Below, piece by piece: positions 24,843 to 32,000 of a DNA stretch of 32,000 bases. The position numbers and the translations under genes were made by a program. Source of the DNA: Ktedonobacterales bacterium (GTDB taxonomy: Bacteria; Chloroflexota; Ktedonobacteria; Ktedonobacterales; JADMIN01); contig CP126532.1 in the NCBI GenBank assembly GCA_030167145.1, positions 630,001-662,000 on the forward strand. Reading direction: 5' to 3'. A model generated the notes under the pieces. It saw nothing but the letters and a program-made list of their open reading frames with translations, did not search any database and was not told the origin of the DNA. Position 1 is the stretch's first letter. Every line of letters begins with the position of its first letter.

Positions 24843-27800
24843 GTGAACGACAAGAAGAGCGGCAAGAGCCAAACCGGCGCCGCAGCTTCGGCAGCGCAAC
24901 GCAAGCAGGGACAATGGTCTGAGGCGGCGGTGCGCGTGTTGCGCGAGCGCTATTTGCTGCGCGACGAAAACGGCAATGTGGTGGAGACGCCGGACGAGAT
25001 GTGCTGGCGTGTGGCATCGGCGGTGGCCGCCGCCGAGGTGCAGCGGTCTACGAAATCGAGTATCGCGCCGGAAAAACTGGCTGAGCAGTTCTACAACGTG
25101 ATGGTGGAGCATACGTTCCTGCCGAACTCCCCCACACTGATGAATGCGGGCAAAGGGAACAATCTTCAGCTTTCGGCCTGCTATGTAGTGCCAGTGGAGG
25201 ACAGCCTTCCCGGCATCTTCGAGGCAGTGAAGCATGCGGCACTAATCCATCAATCCGGTGGCGGCTGCATCTCCGGCGATGCACATGTGTTCACGACATT
25301 CTGTGGAGTCGAGGCGATAGCGACGCTCTACGAGCGTGTGCAGGCTACGGGCAAGGTCGAAGAGCTAGAGGGCGACCACGCGGTGATGGATGTGCGCGAT
25401 CTCAACATCCAAACGATGGCGCTCAATCCACATGACGGCCGTTATGAGCCAGCGCAGGTCACGCATCTGTGGCGCTACGATGTACCGCTAGCTGATCAGA
25501 TTCGCGTCCGCGCTACCAACGGCTTAGAAGTCACAACCAGCCGCTGGCATCCCTTCATGGTCTTCGATGGAACCAAGTTTGTTGAGCGCAGGGCCGATGG
25601 ATTGCTTCCTGGCGATATTCTGCCGACACCGAATGTGTCGGTGCGCGACCGCTGGCCACACAGTGAATACAAAGTGGTGGCTGGCACGCGCCTGGATGAA
25701 GAGATTGCCTGGTTGTTAGGCTATTACCTCGGCGATGGCTCACTTGGCTGGGCGAAAGTTCCAGAGAGCAATCCCAGGGAGGAAAAGCTGCGGTGGCGGC
25801 TCTTTGACGGCCGTACCGCTTCCCTGGAGCATGCGCGCGACATCCTGGCGCGCCGCTTTGGTGTGCATATCTCTGTGCAGCGCGATGCGCGCGGCCTTTA
25901 TTCTCTGGCCACGACAAACGCTGGTTTCATCGAGCACTTCCGCGAGTTGCTCGAAGTCCATCCAGGTCCGAAGGATGAGCTGCCCTTCCCTGAGATGGTG
26001 GCGAAGTCGCCGTTATCTGTTGTGGGAGGGTTCCTCGCGGGGTTAGTGGATTCAGATGGGCATGTAGACGCGAGCCGAGATCGGGTGACGTTTGCTACGC
26101 AGTCACAGTATCTGGCCCGAAAAGTCCACACATTGTGTGCATTGCTCGGCCTCGCTCCAAGCATGCGCTCGCGTGAGCCGCAAGGCAAGGGGCGGTCAGT
26201 GGTGTATGAGGTGAAGCTTGCGGCGGAGCCTCAGATTGCTGATCTGCGTGAGTTGATCGGCGCATATGTCAATGATTCCCTGAAGTCTGAGCGTCTAGCG
26301 GAGACACGTGGCGAGCACGAGCACTCGACTGCTGCCCGATTGCCTATTTCATTCTCAGCCATCGAAGACATCCTGCAGAGTGTTGGCGTTGTAACCGATA
26401 CGACTGAAATCCATCGGCAGGCGGTTCTGATTGATGGCACGGAAATTTGGCTGCACCGCTGGAAGGAGGGCCTTGGAGTCAATGCAGAGAAGTTGCTGCG
26501 GGTAGTGCGGCAGCTTCAACCACTGGCTGGCGAACAATACCAGTCCCGGCTGGTGGCGTTGGAGCATCTAGCGCTCGGATCTACGACCGTTGCGTCTGTC
26601 GAGCAGCCTACAGAGCACGTTCCATTCTACGACTTTACTGTGGCGGACCATAGCACCTATCTAGCTGGAACGAATGGCCTGACCGCTATCCATAATACCG
26701 GCTTTAGTTTCAGCAGGCTACGGCCCGAAGGGAGCATGGTCGCCTCGACGCATGGCGTAGCTTCTGGTCCCGTCAGCTTCATGAAGATTTTTGATGGAGC
26801 AACCGAAGCGGTGAAACAGGGCGGCTGCGTTGTGCCGGAAACACGTGTCGCCACGTCGAAGGGTCTGGTGCAGATTGGCACATTAGGGCCGACCGAGGCA
26901 GAGCCAAAGAGTTGGCATGCGATCAATGCTCCCCTCAGCGTTGCCACAGATGAGGGCAGTCGGCAGGTTGAGGAGTTCTATCACAATGGTCTAGCCGCCG
27001 TTCGCCGCATTCGTACTAATCATGGGTACGGCTTTACAGGCACGCTTGAACATCGTGTGCGCGTGATAGACGAGCATGGGCAATATGTTTGGCGGCACCT
27101 CAAAGAGGTTCGCACGGGCGATTGGGTCGTGCTGCAGAAGCACACGATCCCTGAGACGACCGATTATCGCTTCGAGCCTTCTGATCGTGTTGCCCACTTC
27201 AACGCAGCATCAATCACGTTTCCAGAACGCCCAACGGCAGAATTGGGAGAGTTTATTGGTTATTTGATTGGTGATGGTTGTATCAACTACTACAACCCTG
27301 GTGGGGCCACCGGCAGGCTCATTCTGACGGTTGCCGAGAAAGAGGCTGATGTCGCAGAGCGGCTACTTCATCTCGCAAGGGAATTGTTTGGAGTTGTGCC
27401 CCAGCAACGTACCAAACCAAACGATGCCAGTGTGAACTACTTCTTCAATGCGACAGAGCTTGTGGCCTGGCTGGAGCACATCGGTGTGACGAAGCCATCT
27501 ACGCTGAATGTCAAGGCGCCAGAAATAGTGTTCCGCGCTGGTGCGGAATTCGCGCGCGGCTTTGTGCGTGGCCTCTTCACGGCAGATGGCACGATCAGTA
27601 AAGATGGGTATCCGCAACTCTACAGCATCTCGCAGGGGCTGGTCGAGGATGTTCAGCAGCTTTTGCTTGCCCTGGGCGTCCCATGTACCATCTCGGTCAA
27701 CAGCAATCGCGAAGATGCCTTTGGCAGGAATCCAGTCTACCGTTTGCGTCCAATTACGTATGCAGGGCTGCGTGAGTTTGCCGAGCGGATTGGCTTCATG

Positions 27801-30083
27801 TCCGTTGCCAAGAATGAGCGGCTGGATGCCACACTTGGGCACGAGCTTGAAACCAACGATGTGATCCCCAATCAGCAGTATATGCTGGCGTCACTGTATG
27901 CTGGCCCCGGCCGGGGAAGTGGTCCAGGACGTAGTTCACGCGGGGCGAACCGTGGATTCTACCGCGATATTCAGCACTATCTGCCCGGGGTCGCTTCACC
28001 ACGTCAACTGACAAGGCTGCGTTTGCAGAGCCTTGCCGAGAAACACGAGGAGGTCCGCAACAGTTCACTGGCTGCCATACTGACGAGCGAGCAGTTCTAC
28101 GATCAAGTTGTCTCCATCGAAGAGGATGAAGCAATCACGGTGGATCTGTCGGTTGAGCAGAATCACACCTACATTGCCAATGGCTTTGTCAGCCATAATA
28201 CTCGTCGCGGGGCCAACATGGGCATCCTGCGGGTTGACCACCCCGATGTCCTCAAGTTCATAGACTGCAAGCGCGACGGCTCCGTGACCAACTTCAACAT
28301 CTCGGTCGCCATCACCGATGCGTTCATGCAGGCGCTGGAAACCGATGACGAGTACGACCTGATCGATCCGCATACGCATCAGGTGACGAAACGTCTGCGT
28401 GCCCGTGATGTGATGGACCGCATCGTTTCCGCCGCGTGGGCCACGGGCGATCCGGGCCTCGTTTTCATTGACCGCGCCAACGCCAGCACGGCGAACCCGA
28501 CGCCGGAGATCGAATTGCTAGAAGCAACCAACCCATGCGGGGAGCAATATTTGGGTCCGTATGACGCCTGCAACCTCGGCTCGATCAATCTCGGTCTCTT
28601 CGTGAAGAATGGCGAGATTGACTGGACGGAGTTGGAGCGCGTGACACGGGTGACGACACGCCTGCTCGACGATGTAATTGACATCAACCCATTCCCACTG
28701 CCAGAGGTGCATGACAAAGTGCATGCCAACCGCCGCATTGGTCTGGGGGTCATGGGGTGGGCTGAGATGCTCTTCGAGTTGGGGATGCGCTACGACAGTG
28801 ATGAAGCCATCGCCCTCGGCGAGCGGGTGATGAGCCGCATCCGCGACTGGTCCACCGATGAATCGGCGAAGATGGCCGTCGAGCACGGCGCGTTCCCCAA
28901 CTGGGAGCGGAGCGTCTACAAGAGCGGGCCGAAGCTGCGGAACTCGACGCGCACGACGGTTGCCCCGACTGGCTCGATCAGCATCCTGGCGGACTGTTCG
29001 TCAGGCATTGAGCCAATCTTCGCCCTGGCGTTCCAGCATCGCGTCAAGCAGCCAGATGGTTCGTACCGTGTGCTCGACTTCGTCAATCCTTTCTTCAAGC
29101 GGGCGCTCGATGCCAGCGACATTGAAGACAAGGACGGCGTCTTGGAATACGTCAAGGCGCATGGCTCATTGCACGGCCACGCGGCGTCAGAGCATCCGGC
29201 GCTAGCGCCCTACGTCACCGCCCATGAGATCGCCCCGGCATGGCACATTCGCATGCAGGCTGCCTTCCAGAAGGGTGTCGACAACAGTATTAGCAAAACC
29301 ATTAATCTACCGAACGGTGCTACGACGGATGATGTGTACGATGCGTACATGCAGGCGTGGAATCTCGGCTGCCTTGGCATCACAGTTTTCCGCGATGGCA
29401 GCAAGGGCGAACAGGTGCTCAATGTTGGCGTGAAAGAGAGTCAACCTGCGGCAGCGGCTGTTCCTGCTGCGCAGCCAAATCCAGCGCGCCATGGCATCTA
29501 TCAGCAGGGTGTGAAGGTGCGCCCGGAAGTGGTTTCGGGCTATACCCGTCAGGTGCGCGCACCGGAGGGCAAGGTCAACGTGACGTTGAACTCCGATGAG
29601 GATGGCCTGCTCGAAGTCTTCGTCAACGTCGGTAAGGCGGGGTCGGACGTCGCGGCGCTGGCTGAGGCGCTGGGCCGGCTGATCTCATTGCATCTGCGTA
29701 TTGACAGCCCGCTTTCGCAGAACGAACGCGCGCAAGAAGTCGCCCGGCAGCTTGGCGCCATTGGCGGCAGCACCTCGATTGGCTTTGGCCAGAACCGTGT
29801 ACGTTCGCTGCCAGATGCGGTTGCCCGTGCGCTGGAGCAGCACATTGCTAGCAACGGCGGCGCCACAGCAGAAGCAAGTGAACCCACTGCCACTGGATCG
29901 GCTGGTGGCAGCGGTACGATCACAAACGGGAACGGCAATAGTCACGGGGGCCATGGCTTCACACCGGGCACGCTGGCGCTCTATACTGTTACCGGCAATC
30001 TCTGCCCTCAGTGCGGCAATAACACGCTGTACATGGAGGAAGGCTGCAAGAAGTGCGTCAGTTGTGGACATAGCGAGTGCTAA
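24843..30083 (+). CDS. nrdJ: Class II adenosylcobalamin-dependent ribonucleotide reductase precursor containing two inteins
   Basis: Extein motifs NSPTLMNAG, ACYV, HQSGGG|TGFSFSRLRP, KQGG|TRRGANMG, ATNPCGEQ, VAPTGSIS, SISKTINLP and a C-terminal CPQCG...CKKCVSCG zinc finger. The likely start is GTG 24843 (GAGGAAGGG at 24828..24836, 6-nt spacer); the track start at 24765 is TTG. The mature spliced protein is about 811 aa. Confidence 0.95.
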   Translation: MNDKKSGKSQTGAAASAAQRKQGQWSEAAVRVLRERYLLRDENGNVVETPDEMCWRVASAVAAAEVQRSTKSSIAPEKLAEQFYNVMVEHTFLPNSPTLMNAGKGNNLQLSACYVVPVEDSLPGIFEAVKHAALIHQSGGGCISGDAHVFTTFCGVEAIATLYERVQATGKVEELEGDHAVMDVRDLNIQTMALNPHDGRYEPAQVTHLWRYDVPLADQIRVRATNGLEVTTSRWHPFMVFDGTKFVERRADGLLPGDILPTPNVSVRDRWPHSEYKVVAGTRLDEEIAWLLGYYLGDGSLGWAKVPESNPREEKLRWRLFDGRTASLEHARDILARRFGVHISVQRDARGLYSLATTNAGFIEHFRELLEVHPGPKDELPFPEMVAKSPLSVVGGFLAGLVDSDGHVDASRDRVTFATQSQYLARKVHTLCALLGLAPSMRSREPQGKGRSVVYEVKLAAEPQIADLRELIGAYVNDSLKSERLAETRGEHEHSTAARLPISFSAIEDILQSVGVVTDTTEIHRQAVLIDGTEIWLHRWKEGLGVNAEKLLRVVRQLQPLAGEQYQSRLVALEHLALGSTTVASVEQPTEHVPFYDFTVADHSTYLAGTNGLTAIHNTGFSFSRLRPEGSMVASTHGVASGPVSFMKIFDGATEAVKQGGCVVPETRVATSKGLVQIGTLGPTEAEPKSWHAINAPLSVATDEGSRQVEEFYHNGLAAVRRIRTNHGYGFTGTLEHRVRVIDEHGQYVWRHLKEVRTGDWVVLQKHTIPETTDYRFEPSDRVAHFNAASITFPERPTAELGEFIGYLIGDGCINYYNPGGATGRLILTVAEKEADVAERLLHLARELFGVVPQQRTKPNDASVNYFFNATELVAWLEHIGVTKPSTLNVKAPEIVFRAGAEFARGFVRGLFTADGTISKDGYPQLYSISQGLVEDVQQLLLALGVPCTISVNSNREDAFGRNPVYRLRPITYAGLREFAERIGFMSVAKNERLDATLGHELETNDVIPNQQYMLASLYAGPGRGSGPGRSSRGANRGFYRDIQHYLPGVASPRQLTRLRLQSLAEKHEEVRNSSLAAILTSEQFYDQVVSIEEDEAITVDLSVEQNHTYIANGFVSHNTRRGANMGILRVDHPDVLKFIDCKRDGSVTNFNISVAITDAFMQALETDDEYDLIDPHTHQVTKRLRARDVMDRIVSAAWATGDPGLVFIDRANASTANPTPEIELLEATNPCGEQYLGPYDACNLGSINLGLFVKNGEIDWTELERVTRVTTRLLDDVIDINPFPLPEVHDKVHANRRIGLGVMGWAEMLFELGMRYDSDEAIALGERVMSRIRDWSTDESAKMAVEHGAFPNWERSVYKSGPKLRNSTRTTVAPTGSISILADCSSGIEPIFALAFQHRVKQPDGSYRVLDFVNPFFKRALDASDIEDKDGVLEYVKAHGSLHGHAASEHPALAPYVTAHEIAPAWHIRMQAAFQKGVDNSISKTINLPNGATTDDVYDAYMQAWNLGCLGITVFRDGSKGEQVLNVGVKESQPAAAAVPAAQPNPARHGIYQQGVKVRPEVVSGYTRQVRAPEGKVNVTLNSDEDGLLEVFVNVGKAGSDVAALAEALGRLISLHLRIDSPLSQNERAQEVARQLGAIGGSTSIGFGQNRVRSLPDAVARALEQHIASNGGATAEASEPTATGSAGGSGTITNGNGNSHGGHGFTPGTLALYTVTGNLCPQCGNNTLYMEEGCKKCVSCGHSEC
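25266..26696 (+). mobile_element. Intein 1 (477 aa) with a LAGLIDADG homing-endonuclease domain
   Basis: Begins at Cys (CISGDAHVF) right after HQSGGG and ends ...GLTAIHN, followed by +1 Thr (TGFSFSRLRP). LAGLIDADG motifs LLGYYLGDGSL and FLAGLVDSDGHV. C-terminal block VPFYDFTVADHSTYLAG. Confidence 0.9.
26826..28199 (+). mobile_element. Intein 2 (458 aa) with a LAGLIDADG homing-endonuclease domain
   Basis: Begins at Cys (CVVPETRV) right after AVKQGG and ends ...ANGFVSHN, followed by +1 Thr (TRRGANMG). Block B GTLEHRVRV (T-x-x-H). LAGLIDADG motifs FIGYLIGDGCI and FVRGLFTADGTI. C-terminal block ITVDLSVEQNHTYIANG. Confidence 0.9.
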
Positions 30084-30113
30084 CGCATTCGCGTGATTGA
30101 CGCCCAAAAGAAT

Positions 30114-30145
30114 AGCGGGAGCAGATCGCTTGATCTGCTCCCGCT
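30114..30145. terminator. Bidirectional intrinsic terminator between convergent nrdJ and the PLD gene
   Basis: Perfect 14-bp stem AGCGGGAGCAGATC / GATCTGCTCCCGCT with a GCTT loop, an A-rich 5' flank (CAAAAGAAT) and a T-containing 3' flank (ATTTCGT). Confidence 0.8.
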
Positions 30146-30182
30146 ATTTCGTATCCGTCAGTGGATATGAGCGAACTTTGCG

Positions 30183-32000
30183 CTACATGTGGACTATTCC
30201 AAGCGCGACGAGCGCTCCGAAGACGATAACCAACGCCAGCACAACAAAGATCACTCCCATCATCACGGGATGGCTTCCATCCACCGAGACCGGCACTTGT
30301 GGATCACCTGAGGAGGGTGTCGCTGGCACTGGTACATCTGGTGGAGTGCTGGGCGCTGGTGGGGTAGCACCCCCGACGGGGAAGGGATTGCCACTGGCTG
30401 GCAGCGCCAACTGGCCGCCCTGCGCGAGACTGGAAAGCCGCTGCACGAAATCGTTGAATCCGTCGGCGCCAGAGTTGCCGGTAAGCTTCGTGTAGCATGT
30501 CCCCAGGTTTGCGCCGCCTGCTGCGACGATCTGCTGCCAGCTATAGCCAAGCTGGCTATGCAGGTAGTAGAGGAACAGGCTGCCACAGGCGTTGGCGTCT
30601 TGGTTGCGATCGTCGGCGTCGTTGCGATTGACATAGTCTGCATGACCGTTGGCCCACCACCCCTGAGCCGTATCAGAGGTAATAGAGGCAAGCTCAGAGT
30701 GCAATTCGATGGCGAGCACGCGCGAGAGACCTTCACCATTGGTCTGCCCGCACTGCCAGCCATTGTTGATCGCCGCCTCGAAGATCTCGACCATTTCGGC
30801 TACCATGAGGCCAGGAGCTTCTTGTGGTTGCGGATCAATGTAGATGTCAGTAGCATCGCAACCGAAGTGATAGGCTCCGCCTGCCTGTGGATCAACGAGT
30901 ACCTGCATTGGCGTGGCTGTACGGGGCGTCGCCTGATCATCGCCTTCGTGCCCCGCTGGAAGATCTATGCCGCCGAACCATGCCCGCACTGCCGAATAGT
31001 CGGCTTCAGCCTTTGCCAGCACTGCCTGCGCTGACGCGGTGCCATTGGGGCTGCCGTCTGTGTAGACGATGAAGTGCTCGGTGCGACCGACCTCTGTCTC
31101 GCCGCGGAACTGCTGCCGGGTTGACGCGAGTTGCAAGTCTCTGCCTCGCACCCGCCCCTCTGAGCGCAAAATAAAGACATGCGCCTCTGGGCCTCTGCCT
31201 ACTTCTGCCAAATGCGTCTCCAACCTTTCTGTCTGCTCTGCTGGCCGTGTTGGCTCAGAGCCTGGGTGCTGAGTCGTCTCAGCGTGATTGCTGCCGCGAT
31301 ATGCGGCATACAACGTATCGAAATACTGCACATAGGCTGCCGCGAGCGTGGGCGATTCGATAGAGAGAAAATTCTCGTCGTTCGCTTCCGCATTCTCGGA
31401 AAAATTGTAGCTGCCAGTGAACACCAGGCGGTCATCTATGATGAAGACTTTGTTGTGCATGAAATCCTGCTCGCCCGCAGGGTGGTACGCATGGCTGGGA
31501 GCGGCGACAAAACGCGGATCATGCACGAACCAGAAGCGGTCTTCCCCCAGACGCGAATAGCGAAGCACATCTTGCATGCCGTGAGGGTCAAATACTCCAC
31601 GGATGTCGAGGCTCGGATCACCTGCGAAACGCGCCAGAGCGACGAGGATACCAGGATCGCTGATAAGGAAGGCGAGTATGCGTACACGCTTGGCCCGCTG
31701 AAGCGCGGCGACGATGCTATCTTCGATCTGCTCACCCGCCGCTGGAGCGAACGAAGGCGAGATAGCGGCCTCACCGGTAGCAAAAGCCGATATGCTGAGC
31801 GAAGATTTGGCTTCGTGACGGTGGTCGTGCTGGAGCAGATCTTCGAATGTATTCGTATAGGCGGCGGCCAGTTGCGGAGAACCGATAACAAGGCAGTTGT
31901 TATCTTGCAACTCTAGCCCACCAACAGTAAAGTTGGCCGAGCCAGTCCATACCGTTTGGCCATCGCGAATCAGGAATTTGTCGTGCATGAGATGACGGCC
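30183..32000 (-). CDS. PLD-superfamily protein (two HKD motifs in window) fused to an uncharacterised ~235-aa domain, a Pro/Thr linker and a C-terminal TM anchor; the 5' end lies beyond the right window edge
   Basis: HKD motifs HDKFLIRDGQTVWTGSANFT (31929..31985) and HNKVFIIDDRLVFTGSYNFS (31398..31457). The frame stays open to position 32000 (GRHL precedes the first Met), so the true N-terminus is outside the window. The C-terminal helix VMMGVIFVVLALVIVFGALVALGIV ends 3 aa before the stop. Confidence 0.85.
   Translation of the reverse strand, partial: GRHLMHDKFLIRDGQTVWTGSANFTVGGLELQDNNCLVIGSPQLAAAYTNTFEDLLQHDHRHEAKSSLSISAFATGEAAISPSFAPAAGEQIEDSIVAALQRAKRVRILAFLISDPGILVALARFAGDPSLDIRGVFDPHGMQDVLRYSRLGEDRFWFVHDPRFVAAPSHAYHPAGEQDFMHNKVFIIDDRLVFTGSYNFSENAEANDENFLSIESPTLAAAYVQYFDTLYAAYRGSNHAETTQHPGSEPTRPAEQTERLETHLAEVGRGPEAHVFILRSEGRVRGRDLQLASTRQQFRGETEVGRTEHFIVYTDGSPNGTASAQAVLAKAEADYSAVRAWFGGIDLPAGHEGDDQATPRTATPMQVLVDPQAGGAYHFGCDATDIYIDPQPQEAPGLMVAEMVEIFEAAINNGWQCGQTNGEGLSRVLAIELHSELASITSDTAQGWWANGHADYVNRNDADDRNQDANACGSLFLYYLHSQLGYSWQQIVAAGGANLGTCYTKLTGNSGADGFNDFVQRLSSLAQGGQLALPASGNPFPVGGATPPAPSTPPDVPVPATPSSGDPQVPVSVDGSHPVMMGVIFVVLALVIVFGALVALGIVHM

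Noticed and set aside
24729-25235. 168-aa minus-strand ORF and the TTG 24765 start of nrdJ
   Set aside because: The minus-strand ORF overlaps the nrdJ 5' region and its regulatory boxes and has no motifs. The 24765 start would put the NrdR box and -10 region immediately at or inside the coding sequence, and the GTG at 24843 has a good RBS.
31179-31916. 245-aa plus-strand ORF
   Set aside because: It is antisense to the PLD gene, whose HKD motifs define the real frame.

Overview
GC-rich bacterial chromosomal segment. The lineage cannot be determined here; the Pro/Thr-rich linkers, PadR and Ser/Thr-kinase styles and gene content look Chloroflexota- or Actinomycetota-like, which is only a guess. 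I can support about 27 protein-coding genes. I recognised no rRNA, tRNA, CRISPR array, transposase or integrase; the only mobile elements are two inteins. From left to right: a MarR regulator translationally coupled to an ABC exporter (partial); a co-directional block of a membrane-anchored PsbP-like protein, a membrane-fused spermidine-synthase-like protein, purA, an AadA-like nucleotidyltransferase and an APH-like kinase; a methyltransferase; a UPF0173 hydrolase; a class-III aminotransferase; a PIG-V-like membrane glycosyltransferase; a NUDIX hydrolase; an alpha/beta hydrolase; a CarH/LitR-type MerR plus B12-binding regulator coupled to an unassigned polytopic membrane protein; an NT5C-like HAD phosphatase; a hypothetical protein plus an NTase/HEPN-like fusion; PadR; a PRC-barrel/BON protein; two small membrane proteins; a Ser/Thr kinase; cinA; a class II (adenosylcobalamin) ribonucleotide reductase nrdJ carrying two LAGLIDADG inteins behind tandem NrdR boxes; and a tail-anchored PLD-superfamily fusion protein (partial). 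I did not find a clear-cut new multi-gene system. The three candidates most worth follow-up are (1) the CarH-like photoreceptor and internally duplicated membrane protein pair, (2) the PLD protein with a His-less zincin-like module and C-terminal anchor, and (3) the doubly intein-interrupted, NrdR-controlled nrdJ. All family calls come from motif recognition by eye, and no database search was possible.
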